Translations under genes and position numbers: made by a program | Shown: positions 12,650 through 25,565 of the stretch, piece by piece | How positions within the stretch are numbered: the stretch's first letter is position 1 | Layout: every line of letters starts with the position of its first letter | Notes under the pieces: model-generated | What the model was told of the DNA's origin: nothing | Database searches by the model: none | Seen by the model: only the letters and a program-made list of their open reading frames with translations | DNA from: the human T2T-CHM13v2.0 reference genome, Homo sapiens | Length of the DNA: 64,000 bases | Assembly: GCF_009914755.1 (NCBI RefSeq) | Contig: NC_060933.1 | Reading direction: 5' to 3' (one strand)

Positions 12650-12895
12650 TCTTATTGCCTTGCTTTAGGACACTAGTATGTGAGGTCTGGTGCTGGCAGC
12701 TATTCTATAACCATGAAGTGAAAAGCACACAGATAAAAATCTAGGTCCTTGATGGCATCATTGAGCCACAGAACCAGCCCTGGAATTGTCAATTATCAGC
12801 ATTCTAAATAAAACAGCTAGTACATTTCTGTATTGTATTAATTACTAATAGTCAGAACCTTGTTGTTTCTAGTTGGCATGCTAGATAGTACAGAA
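12650..12895 (+). mobile_element. ERVL LTR fragment (LTR16/LTR33-like)
   Basis: 'ggtccttgatggcatcattgagccacagaaccagccctgga'. Confidence 0.55.
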
Positions 12896-12959
12896 TATAT
12901 GCCTAACTACACAGAGCTGATGGTAAAGGCTCAGGTATAAACTGTTAAAATTGAAAGTA

Positions 12960-13291
12960 AAGTTGGCTCTCCACATCCATGGGTTCCATATCTATAGATT
13001 CAACCAATACAGGTTGAAAATAGTAAAAAATAATTGCATGTCTACTGAACATGTACAGACTCATTATTGGTTTTTATTCTCTAAACAATAGAGTTAAACA
13101 CCTATTTACAAAGCATTTACATTGTATTAAGTATTATAAGTAGGCAAGAAATGATTCAAATTATACAGAAGAAGTGAATACATTATATGCAAATACCTCA
13201 CCATTTTATAACACAGACTTGAGCATCCTTGGATTTTGGTGTACTCTCAAGGTTGTTTAACCAATTCCCTACAGATACGGAGGGACAACTG
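12960..13291. mobile_element. MER2 (TcMar-Tigger MITE), near full length
   Basis: TIRs 'agttggctctccacatccatggg' / 'ccctacagatacggagggacaactg'. Interior 'gcatttacattgtattaagtattataagta'. Confidence 0.9.
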
Positions 13292-13494
13292 CCTTCAGAA
13301 TGGTAGTTGTAATGTAGGTACTGTGCTGAGGCATTTTTTCCCCTTTCTCCTACTTGACTGTGAGCTACTTGGAGCCATTAATGATTTCTGTCACTCAGCG
13401 TCCTACCCTGCAGATGACACTTCATAACATTTCTGGTCCATTAACAGGAATTAAATTTACCTCTACAGTGTGATTTCATTATGAAGTCAGATGG

Positions 13495-13665
13495 AATGAG
13501 GAGTGTGTAAATCCAGAATCAGAATCCCAGCGACGAAGCTTTTCTTGCTCTGTTACCTTGGGTAAGTCATTAGATTCCTCTAAGCCTCAATTTCCTCATC
13601 TGTAAAATGATGACAATATCTTCTGTTTCAGGGATAGGATCAAAGTTATAAAGGCAGGGAAAAGT
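13495..13665 (+). mobile_element. MIR SINE
   Basis: 'gttaccttgggtaagtcattagattcctctaagcctcaatttcctcatctgtaaaatg'. Confidence 0.8.
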
Positions 13666-14064
13666 GTACAAATGTCATAAGCTTCAAAGCATTCCCCCAC
13701 TCCCATTTTAGTACTACCCTGAATATGACCATTTGTGGAAACTAGAAAAATGAGGCTCCTCTTCCAAGTCTGTGTCTCAAATGTGTTTAAGTGGCGGGCA
13801 TCACAGTACATTCTCTAGCATGTTTAGAGATTTTGCTCTAAAACGTCTGGTAGTTTTATGACTTTAATCCCAATATTGAATTCCAAAATGCCTCACACAA
13901 TAAAATGTTTCTTTATTCAGAAAATGCTTTGAACCAGACCAGATAAGAAAAGTAAAAGTCTGGAGTGTAATCCTTCCAATTGTCTTTTGGCTTCTCTTCT
14001 ACTTCTACAAAAAGTTCAACAAGTAAGTCACTTCTCCATCAAGAATACGAGGGGGCTATGCCTT

Positions 14065-14260
14065 TATTTCATAATGGTAAAAGCATTTGAGCAAGTGAGC
14101 TGAGCTTAAGTCCCTATTCTAACACATACTAATCATGGTACCCTGGGAAGGTAACTCACTGATCCATTGTATTTTCATGAATAAAATAACACAAAAATAT
14201 AGGCTTGACTTGGGAATGATATGAGATCATGCATGTGAAATAAAAGTCCTGGTAAACAAC
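14065..14260 (+). mobile_element. MIR SINE
   Basis: 'aatggtaaaagcattt...accctgggaaggtaact...tgagatcatgcatgtgaaa'. Confidence 0.6.
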
Positions 14261-14607
14261 AAAGTTTTGTATGGTATCTGCAGTATTAAAATCACATGAT
14301 TTATGAATCATTTCAGTGGTCTTTTTTTTTTTTTAAACAAAAAGCAACTGGAGCAATGGCTTGTAATTTATTATGGGTGCTTCCTCTCATTTTTCCAAGG
14401 AAATTCATTTTAAGAATTCTTGCTTGTGTAATGGAATCAACTGATCCAGAAATGGCTTTGAAAATAGCAATCAGATATGAGATGTTTTCTTTTAATTCCT
14501 TTTTATCCATTATCTATAGAATCTTCCTGTCAGGACAAGCCTTGAAACTAAAAGGGAGCAAAACAAAGAAAAGTATATATATAAAGCTATAAGATGTGAA
14601 AAAGAAA

Positions 14608-15420
14608 GGTATTTGTTTCTTAGGGATGTCATAACAAATTATCACAAACTTGGTGGCATAAGCCAACAGAAATTTATTCTCTCGTAGGTCGGTGGGCAGA
14701 AGTCTAAAATCAAGGTGTCAGCAGTGTGGAATCCTTCTGGAGGCTTTGAGGTAGAATCTGTTTCATGCCTCTCTCCTGGCTTTTAAGAGCTGCTAGAAAT
14801 CCTTGGCATTCTTTGACTTATAGACACATCATTCCAGTTTTCTGCCTCTATCTTTACATCATCTTCTCTGTGTGTCTGTATTAGTCCATTCTCATGCTGA
14901 TATAAAGAACTACCCAAGACTGGTTAATTTATAAGGGAAGGAGGTTTAATTGACTCACAATTCTGTCTGGCTGAGGAGGCCTCAGGAAACTTAAAATCAT
15001 GGTGGAAGGGGAAGCAAACAGCCCTTCTTCACTGGATGGCAGGAAGGAGAAGTGCCAAACAAAAGGGGAAAAAGCCGCTTGTAAAACCATCAGATCTCAT
15101 GAGAACTCACTATCACAAGAACAGCAGCATGGAGGTGAACATCCCCATGATTCAATTATCTCCCATCAGGTCCCTTCCTTCAACATGTAGGGTTTATGGG
15201 AGCTACAATTCAAGTGAGATTTGGGTGAAGACACAGGCAAACCATATCCTATATCTTTTCTTTTGTATCCTATCAGGACACTTTTCACTGGATTCAGGAC
15301 CCATCCAGGTAATCCAGGATGACCTCAGATCACAGCTGCAAAGACCCTCTTTTCAAATAAGGTCACATTTACAGGTTCCAGGTGGATTTGAATTTTGGGT
15401 TTCACTGAACCCATTACAAC
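14608..15420 (-). mobile_element. MLT1B/C MaLR solo LTR, split by a THE1 insertion
   Basis: 'gtttcttagggatgtcataacaaattatcacaaacttggtggc...aatcaaggtgtcagca'. Resumes at about 15250 with 'ggattcaggacccatcc...caaataaggtcacatt'. Confidence 0.85.
14877..15249 (-). mobile_element. THE1C MaLR solo LTR
   Basis: About 370 bp, 'tgtattagtccattctcatgctg...aaggggaagcaaaca...gagatttgggtgaagacacaggcaaaccatatc'. Confidence 0.9.
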
Positions 15421-15424
15421 AGGC

Positions 15425-15610
15425 TTAGAGTATACTAACCTGGATTTAAATCTCAGCTTATATACAGACTACACAATTTGTACTCTCTGTGCCTTCACAT
15501 CCTCTCTTGTAAATAGGGTCATGATAATATGTTTCTAACACTGTTGGATGTTAAAGTGTGAATGTTCAAGGCCTGTCATGTAGCAAGCAGACACTCCACA
15601 CATGGTATAT
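15425..15610 (+). mobile_element. MIR SINE
   Basis: 'cctggatttaaatctcagct...ctctgtgccttcacatcctctcttgtaaatagg'. Confidence 0.6.
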
Positions 15611-15669
15611 TTTAAGGCAAATTCTGGCCTTTTCACATTTAATATTTGTAAAAATGAAAGCTAACGAAC

Positions 15670-15818
15670 AAAAGAAAGAGAAAGAAAGAAAGAAAGAAAA
15701 AGAAAGAAAGAAAGAAGGAAGGAAGGAAGGAAGGAAGGAAGGAAGGAAGGAAGGAAGGAAGGAAGGAAGGAAGGAAAGAAAGAAAGAAAGAAAAAAAGAA
15801 AGAAAGAAAAAGAAAGAA
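15670..15818. repeat. Compound (GAAA)n-(GGAA)15-(GAAA)n purine microsatellite
   Basis: 15 consecutive GGAA at 15717-15776 inside a roughly 150-bp pure A/G tract. Confidence 0.97.
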
Positions 15819-16449
15819 ACAAACTCAGATTTAATGGAAACTTCCCTGGATTGGGTCTCAGAAGTTCTTTTCCAAATTCTGTCACTAACCAGGTTATTCT
15901 AATACATTTGAGCATTTCTTCTGCCCCCCTTGGCAGTGGTATAGATCTCCTACTCCTCATCTGTAAATTGTATGGGGTGAACGCTAAGACGTTTCTTTTG
16001 CTTTCTCCTCTCTGATGTATTGGAGTTTTATAAGTGTAACATTTAAGTTTGTCTTGGGCATATTTGGGTGAAAAAAACACCTAAAAACCCCCTCAGAATC
16101 CAGTAAGAAACACACCCTCTAGCCATGCTGCTGACTTCACATAGTTCTGCAGATTGGTTTTTTAGGGATAGATTTTGCTTAGGCGCTCTTCCCACCCATT
16201 TCTAGAAAGTGCAGTAAGCTGGCTAAACTGAAACTTTGGGGACAGCTCGTATCTTCTCAGACTTTCTACTAATTCTTGGTTTGCTCCTATCCTTCTCTGT
16301 TGCCTCTATCACCAGATTTCTCAGCTTTTCAACGTTCTAAGTCCTGGCACTGTCTTTGAGAAATGTCCAGGCTTGCCTTCTTGGGCAGATAAAGGCTGTA
16401 GGCAGGAACACAAGGACTATCTGAAGAGCCACAAAACTATGCATGCAAC

Positions 16450-17763
16450 CAAGGCTGGCTATACAATTTGTGAGGCTCCTTGTTTAACAAACATAAAAAG
16501 TGCCACGAACTATATTAAAATATAATATTTTCCTTCTTCACCAGTCTCCTCCCGAGTTGTCATATTGTTTGCTATTGTCAAGAGACAAAATTACAATAAA
16601 TTTAAAGACCTTAGTTGGGTTTCTTTTGCAATTCCAGATTTGGACAGCACCTCATTTTATCAAATAGTATGAGTGTTCTGATGAGTTGAGCAGAGGAAGT
16701 TCACTTAATAGACAGAAAAGGGCTGAGGAAAGCAGAAACAGAATAAAAAGTGGGTTGGTTGTTTCAAAGTTATTTTTCTTGTAAAAGTTAAAGCAAATGT
16801 GACTTTCTTCTCAGGGTAAAACTGGCCTGTTTGGGGATTTAGCTATTATTTCTCTCACTTCTGACTTCTTGAAAAGTCAGATAAACAACTTAGTTTTGGC
16901 TTGGTGGTGTGGAACTTCCACATAAGTAACTCCACTTTGGTTCTGTCTGTTTGGCCGAGTGCAGGAGCTCAGTCCAAACCCATGCCCTCCTATAAACTTT
17001 ATTTAACACTATTCAATGTCACCCTCTAACAGGAAGATACTCATTGCATGTGAGCAGACCCTCCCAGGTGACCAAGGTCTGTCCCATAATCTGCTGTGTG
17101 CATCTTGCTGCCTGGTTCTCTTTCCCATCAACCTCCACACTGGAGTGGAATGCCCTAACTGGGAGCACAGAATTCAGTCTTTTCTTTCCAGAGTTCATTG
17201 CTCCAACCCACTGGGATAGGAAACCACTAAAGAATTTCAGTCCTAATACTGGGACTAACCCGTGGCAGGGCATGTTGCTGCCGTACACTCCTAGAGACAC
17301 CACAGGGCATGCACATCTGATCCTGATCTGCCCACCCTGCACCATGAGCAGACCCCAACTGGAGATGGATGATGACAGTGAACATAGGCTTCTCACCCCT
17401 GATGACACTACCAGGGTCCTCACAATCCTGGCTGGAGGGCAGCAACAGTCACAGAGCAGGGGCTTGGAGGGGATGGCTGGCTGGAATCCCAGGTACTAAG
17501 TACCAGGGACCTGGAGCAGGTGGCTGAAAACCTATCCAGGGGAGGTGAGAAGGCAGCAGGCTGTAGGGTCCATAGGACTAAGACTCCAAGTCCTGAAACA
17601 TGCTCCATTGTCCTATCAGATTTCACTTCCACAATACAAGTTCAAACAAAAAATTAAGGATTTCAAGAAAGTGACTGTGGAGCTTTAAGCCCAAAGTACG
17701 GTGCCTTTCCAAGTGTTGGTCCTGTGTGGCTGCACTTATCTCATGCTTGTGGAGCCAGGCCTG
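16450..17763 (-). mobile_element. MER45B/C hAT-Tip100 DNA transposon with a nested LTR
   Basis: TIRs 'caaggctggct' / 'agccaggcctg', and both ends match recalled MER45. 8-bp TSD CATGCAAC (16442-16449) / TGTGCAAC (17764-17771). Confidence 0.8.
16576..17008 (-). mobile_element. ERV1 (MER4-group) solo LTR
   Basis: TG...CA termini and 4-bp TSD CTAT (16572-16575 / 17009-17012). The minus strand begins 'tgttaaataaagtttataggagggcatgggtttggactgagctcctgcac'. Confidence 0.85.
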
Positions 17764-18715
17764 TGTGCAACATAAGAATATGTTGGGTAACTTACCTCTT
17801 CTGGAATGTGTGATTGACTCATCTTCCTTTCCAGACTGAAGAATTTGTTTCTTCAGGATAAGTTTTCAGAAGCCCTTTTCTATGTTTCCTCCCATGTGGA
17901 GTTCTTGCTAGGCTTTGTAAAGGGCTCAGCTATTTTCCAAAATGGGAATTGAAAAATGAACACTTGTGCATAGCTCACTGAGGGGCATCGAAAGGATTAT
18001 GTGAGTCCTGAAAGGCACTGAAATAGCTTATTCCAACTGTAAGTATCCTGTGAGCTGTGTCTTCCTCATCTCTGTGTGAGCTGTTTTCCTCTAGACAAGC
18101 AGCTCGGTACTCTAAAATAAGCCACATTTCTTTTTATAGCAAAATTACTCTAGTATCAGCTTCAGCCAGCCTACTTGCCAAAAAATGGTGCTCCACCCCA
18201 CCTATGTCTCTTGATCCTGTAGGGGATTTTCCAAGTTCCACTTTAGCACATGTAGACAGAGCCATTTCTTTATTTATTTCCTGCCATCTGCCTCTTGGTT
18301 GTGGTATCATCTAACTTCGTTGGTTGCCATTGGTCCTCACCAGATTGCCACTCCAGTGGGCACAGTGTCCTCAGTAGACTGGGATCATTCTTACCTCCTG
18401 ACTTGACCAAGGGTGAGGGGACACTCCTAAGAAGCTGGGGATAATGAAATTGATACACAACACAGAGAGTAACTTATAATTGCCACTGGAAGTGGCTTCA
18501 TTCAGAATCCACAGGTCAAATGCAATGCCATGGTTCCTTACCTACTCATACCTGACTAGCTCTCAGTCTTCCTTTAAAAGCAGGTATCAGTTCCCAATGC
18601 CATCCCACCCCCATTCACCTCCCCCAACAATTGCATGGGGTTTTCCAAGCATCTGCCTTTTACTTGACACTTGACATTAGTCTTATGTAATGTCCCCATA
18701 GAAAAGTGGAAACTT

Positions 18716-19506
<791 letters not shown>

Positions 19507-20629
19507 TAACCTTAACCTTACACTTACCCACTTACACTTATTATGGCCCCTTGATCCAGAGTATACAAGGTGTTCTTCCTTGTTTGGTACATGTCTATGC
19601 TTTGGTAAATAATACCAAGTAAGGGTATTCAGTCTGTGTTCTTTCCAATGCTGAGTTCTGTTCATTCCTTTTTTTCTTTTTTTAACAAGCTTTTCACCAG
19701 AGTGAGATGATGAACATATCCAATCAACAAACCCCTGCTGACAATTCCTTTCCATCTACTCTCCTTTTGTATGCAGCTGCTGATAACTCCACAAGAACAC
19801 CCTATGATTTATAGCCCTGGGCAAGTCAAAATCCAAATTTAGGAAAAATATTGTTTTCCAGGGAAGCAATTTTCTGAAGTATGAGTTGTTTTTTTAAAAA
19901 CACAAAAAACAACCAATTGATATCACTGAACAGAAAACTTCTCTAAATCTGCAGAATTTACCTTAGATCCTGTCATTCACCTTAGATATTCCTGCATAAC
20001 TAGGGTGGATTTAGGTGGGTTAGATTTTTAGATTTAGCCCTAAAAGGTACTATAAAGTGCTTTCCTAAAAATAAAAGGGGCCTTTGGATCCACTCTGAAG
20101 CTATTGATTGTGGACCTGACCAGGTTTCCTGTGTATCATGGTGAGATTGGCAGCCAGGTACAGTACTGAACTAGATAGATAAAGAAGATGCCAGTTCCCA
20201 TAGAGTTTCTGAGATAGGTGACCATGGACAACAAAGATGTAAGCAACCGAACAAGATCATTGCAAATAATGATAAATGCACAGGAAACAAAAAGCACCAT
20301 AGTCAGAAAGTGACTAGGCTGGCAGTCGTTATATTGGGTGGTGACAGAAGCTTCTCTGAGGTCAAGACATTTGAGCTGAGACCTGAGAAGGAGGCAATGA
20401 TCTGGGATCAGAGCTTTTCAGGAAAAGGAAACAGCCAGTGAAATGCTCCAAGATAGTAGTAACATTCTCTTGAAGTACAGCAAGAATGCCAGTGTACTTA
20501 TAGTAGACTAAACCATTGGAGAGAGCAATTAGCTTGAAGACAGAGGCCAGATGACATAAGGCATGAGTGGCCATGCTAAGGAGTTTGAAATCTAGGCGGT
20601 TAGAGGGGTTAGCAGGAAATTGTATGGCA

Positions 20630-20744
20630 TTTTTTTTTTTTTTAAGACGGAGTCTCACTATGTCACCAGGCTGGAGTGCAGTGGTGCGACCACTGCAATC
20701 TCCGCCTCCGGGATTCAAGTGATTCTCCTACCTCAGCTTCTTGA
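20630..20744 (-). mobile_element. 5'-truncated Alu (part of right monomer)
   Basis: Poly-T then 'agacggagtctcactatgtcaccaggctggagtgcag'. TSD approximately GGAAATTGTATGGCAT / AGAAATGGTATGGTAT. Confidence 0.9.
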
Positions 20745-20972
20745 AGAAATGGTATGGTATCTTTAAGAGACCTGTTTGCTGTAGGATAGATGATAATACT
20801 GGAGACAGAGAAAGCAGTTGGAAACTTTCATGTAAGCAGTGACAGAAGGCCTTGCATCAGAGTGACAGCAGTAGAGATGGGCAGGGGAGGAGAGATTTCA
20901 AGATATTTTCTTCAGGCAGAGGAAATAGGACTCTCTGATAGGCTGGATGTGGAAGGAGTAAAGAAAATAATT

Positions 20973-21297
<325 letters not shown>

Positions 21298-21619
21298 TCA
21301 ACAAAGACTCCTAGGCTTTTGTTTTGAGCAATTGGATGGGTATCATATAATAGCATCTTCTGAGACAAAGACTGGAGTAGAAAGGAATTTTGGATATACA
21401 ATGAATAACTATCTTCTAAGGTGAGTTCCAACTCACTTCTAAGGAATCAAACTGTTCACACCCAACCAACACTTCCACTTTTACAAACAAACAACATGAT
21501 TTTAACTTTCTGTCTCCACTAGGTACTCGACTGTGGTTCAATCTCCAGACCTAGAACAGGAATAGAAGCAAAGGGATTTTCAATATAAATATTAGTTGAA
21601 TGGTATGAAGTAAAACAAA

Positions 21620-21830
21620 CTTATACTGGTAATAGCTTTGGAATTTACAAAGCATTTTCCCATGCATTATGTCTTCTCCTCCTCATATTAACCCTGCAAA
21701 CGAAATAACATTATTACCCGTACTTTACAGAAGAGGACACTGAAGCCAAAGGAGAAAATTAACTAGCTCAGTCTTGCATGACCCCTGTGAATGGACTGAT
21801 CTTGAAACCCAGGTAACCTTACTCCCTGGT
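21620..21830 (-). mobile_element. MIR SINE
   Basis: 'attattacccgtactttacagaagaggacactgaagcc' is an antisense MIR core. Confidence 0.75.
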
Positions 21831-21849
21831 CCCAGCCTTTGTTAATGGG

Positions 21850-22350
21850 GACACAATCCTGGAAATTTTGCCTGTGTGTAAACCTCTAGGGGCTTTTTCT
21901 TTCATCGTTTTACATCAGCCAGACTCTGACTCACAGCTGGAGAATCAGCTTCCTTATTATGTAGCGAATTCCATGAACACACACCAAGAGTTGTTTTCTG
22001 TAACAGGCTGAAGTAGCTTCTTCTCCCAGTCTCTTTCTCCCATCAAAATTAGAATATCTTTCCTTGGAAAACTGTGCCCAGGTTGAGGGGGACTTCTCCC
22101 TGGTTTTGTGTAGACTCTTTGATATGCTCCAAACTCAACGCCTTTCCTTCAATCCCTGGGGCCTTAGGAACAGCCAACCCACATGTGGTGGGAAGTGAGG
22201 CGAGGGGGAAAGAGGAATGTGAGGGAGACACAAACACAGCACAATGTTTTCTTTCTGAGAAACTTCATCAAGGCTCCGATTCCAGTGACCTCACCTTCAA
22301 GCAATGCCAGCTCCTTTGCTTTAAATCAAAGTTGACATGTGGTGGTGGTT
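21850..22350. promoter_or_regulatory. Candidate enhancer (AP-1, E-box, STAT, RUNX, ETS and TEAD motifs)
   Basis: TGACTCA 21927-21933 abuts CAGCTG 21934-21939. Also TTCCTTGGAA ~22060, TGTGGT ~22184 and ~22338, GGAAGTG ~22191, GGAATG ~22214 and TTCTGAGAA ~22253. Confidence 0.4.
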
Positions 22351-22599
22351 CACATATTTGGAGTCTAATGAGCCTGCAGCTTCTAATGCTGCAAAGGAAA
22401 TCCTGAGAGTAATATCTGCCCTCTGAGATCAGAGGTGGTCAATAACCTTAATGTATGTCAGCTTCCACACTTTACTCCAGAATTCTTAAGGAAGGTACAC
22501 ATGAAAGGTTGGGCTGTCTATGTAGTGAGCAGCATTCAAATTGGGACACTTACCGCAACCCGCCAGTATACATTCTGTAGTCTAATTTCAAGAAAATGA

Positions 22600-23040
22600 A
22601 ACTGAATTATACAAACAGGCTCTCAATTGATCTTCCTACTTTTATTCTTGTCTCGTAATCTTATGTTTTTTTCTCAAAGCACTGAATGTCCTTTCCCGGC
22701 TCAAATTCTTCTAGTCCTTACTTGTCACAAATAGAATATAATCGATGTGCCTTTTGATGTCCTACAAAGCCATGCATGATCTGACACCTGGCTATATCTA
22801 TGAACTTTATTATCACTGCTTCCAACACTCATTCTCACACAAGCTATCTTAGCATCCTTGCTATTCCTAGAGCATGTAACCCGCTGTGACTCATGGTCAT
22901 TGGCTCTGGTCTTCCCTCTGTAACTGAGGAAAAGGCTCTTACCCAAGAATCTCATGATTCCTTCAATTCCTTCATAATATTCAAGTTTTTGCTCAAATAT
23001 TACATCTTTAAAGAGTCCTAGCTCCACCATGGTGGAAGTT
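22600..23040 (+). mobile_element. L2 LINE (continues after the provirus at about 29670-29730)
   Basis: 'tgatctgacacctggcta', 'ctctggtcttccctctg' and 'tgctcaaatattacatct'. Confidence 0.6.
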
Positions 23041-23465
23041 TCTTCTCCAAGATTTAGTAGTGCCATGATGGTTAATTTTATGTGTCAACTTGACTGGGCC
23101 ATATGGTGCCCAAATATTTACACAAACATTATTCTGTTTCTGTGAGGATGTTTTGGAATGAGATTACATTTAAATTGGTAGGCTGAGTAAAGAATATTGA
23201 TTGCCCTTGCTAATGTAGGTGGGCCTCATCTAATCAATGGAAGGTCCAAGTAGAACAAAAAGGCTAAGTAACAGAGAAGTCTTTCTTCCTAATGACCTTT
23301 GAACTGGGACATTTGCTCTTTTTAGGTCTCAAGCCTGACAGTCCAGACAGGAACTAAACTGTCAGCTCTCCTCAGTCTCCACTCCAGCTTCCTGACTCAC
23401 CCTGTAGATCCTGGGACTTTCAAGTACCCATAATCACATGAGCCAATTCCTTATAATAAATATAT

Positions 23466-23579
23466 CTCTTTCTTTCTTTCTTTCTTTCTTCCTTTTTCTT
23501 TCTTTCTTTCTTTCTCTTTCTTTCCTTCCTTCCTTCCTTCTTTCTTTCTTTCCTTTCTTTCCTCTCTCTCTCTCTCTCC
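23466..23579. repeat. (TTTC)n/(TTCC)n/(TC)n pyrimidine microsatellite in the 5' LTR
   Basis: Read directly from the sequence. Confidence 0.95.
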
Positions 23580-23594
23580 GTATGTATATAGAGG

Positions 23595-23892
23595 CAACCA
23601 ACTTCAGATAAAATATTTGAAACAAAGAATATCTGCACTGAACATGTACTGACTTTGTCTTTTCTTATTACTCCCTAAATAATAAAGTATAACAACTATT
23701 TACATAGTATTTACATTGCATTAGGTATTATAAGTAATTTAGAGATGATTTAAAGCATACATGAGAACATGTGTAGGTTGTATACAGATACCACACCATT
23801 TTATATAAGGGACTTGAGCATTACTGGGATTTGGTATACTCGAGGATGGAGGGGTCCTAGAATCAACCCCCAACAGATACCAAGAGATGATA
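23595..23892. mobile_element. MER2 nested in the ERV-L 5' LTR
   Basis: Same interior as 12960-13291 ('actgaacatgtac', 'atttacattgcattaggtattataagtaat'). Confidence 0.85.
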
Positions 23893-23989
23893 ATTATTGG
23901 TTCTGCTTCTCTAGAGAATTCTGACAAATAGAAATTTTGGCACTGAGAGTGGTTCTAGAGGAATATTTGTTTTCTATTAACAATATTGT

Positions 23990-24275
<286 letters not shown>

Positions 24276-24282
24276 CATGTAT

Positions 24283-24455
24283 TTTAACAGTTTATTACTC
24301 TTTCTAATGCCATAGCCAAAAGACATGACATACTCATCTCACATGTCATAGTCAGTGGCATGCTGGGGGAGGAGTGTGATGCTGATCTGCTTCAGATAGT
24401 CATTTAGGGACCCAAGGCCCTTCCATCTAGTGGTTCAATAATCTTCTAGAAGTCC
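24283..24455 (-). mobile_element. MLT1J/K-like LTR fragment (3' part with poly(A) signal)
   Basis: 'agtttattactctttc' and 'ctgcttcagatagtcatttagggacccaaggcccttccatctagtgg' resemble antisense MLT1J/K. Confidence 0.55.
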
Positions 24456-24484
24456 CTTTCTATAAACTCAATATATGTATTATA

Positions 24485-25565
24485 TTCTTTCTTTTTTATA
24501 CTTACTGTGCATATTTATTATAAGGCATACAACATGATGTTATGGGATATGCATAGATAGTAAAAAAAAAAATGCCCTTTCTTTTTCGGTTGTTGTTTTT
24601 GTAGCAAGAGCAGCTAAAATCTATTCATTTAGCCTGATACCATATGCAGTACAATTTTATTATCCATAGTTCTCATCCTACACATTAGATCTGTATACTT
24701 GTTCATCCTACATATCTGCTTCTTCATATCCTTTGACTTGCACCTCCCTCTTCCCCCACCACCTCACCTGGTAACCACTGTTTGGTTCTCTGTCTCTGTA
24801 TATTTAAACAATTTTTTAAAATGTCACATATAAGTGAGATAATGTGAAAAATTTCTTTCTGTGTCTGGTTTATTTCACCTAGCATAATGTTCTCCAAGCT
24901 CAACCGTGTTGTGGCAAAGTGCAAGCTCTCATTATTTCAAGCTGAGTAACAGTCCATTGTATGCATGTAGTACAGTTTCTTTATCCATTTGCCAGTCAAC
25001 AGGAACTTAGGTTGTTTTTATATCTTAGTTATTGTGAATAATGATACAATGAACATGGGAGTACATATATCTTTATGAGATTGTAATTTCATTTCCTTTG
25101 GGTATATACCCAGAAAAGATATTGCTGAGTCATATGAGAATTCTATTTTTTGTTTATTTAGAAACTTCTATATTGTTTTCCACATTGGCGACACCAGTCT
25201 ACATTTCCACTGACAGCATTACGAGAGTTCTTTTTCTTCACAATGTCTCTAACATTTATTATCTTTTGACTTTTTGTCAATAGCCTTCTTAATGGGTATG
25301 AGGTGATATTCCATAGTGGTTTTGATTTGTATTTTCTTGATGGTTAATGATGTTAAGCACCTTTTTATATACCTGTTGTCCATTTTTAAGTCTTCTTTGG
25401 AGAAATGTCTATTCAGGTTTTTTGTCTGTATTTTAATTGGGTTATGTTTTTCCCACTATTGAGTTGTATGAATTCTTCATAAATACAGTATATTAACCCC
25501 TTGTCAGATATATGGTTTGCAAATTTTTTTCAATTTTTAGACTGCCATCTTATGTTTATTGTTTA
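24485..25565 (-). mobile_element. L1MA (L1MA8/9-like) 3' ~1.1 kb
   Basis: 'gcatacaacatgatg', 'gcaagagcagctaaaatcta', 'gtctggtttatttcacctagcataatg' and 'ctttggagaaatgtctattc'. Confidence 0.9.

Noticed and set aside
15558-16080. 'KEGRKEGR' and 'PSFLPSFL' repeat proteins
   Set aside because: These are translations of the GGAA/GAAA microsatellite.
17016-17632. Overlapping 134-151 aa ORFs as a gene or transposase
   Set aside because: They lie in the GC-richer interior of non-autonomous MER45, and no transposase motifs are visible.
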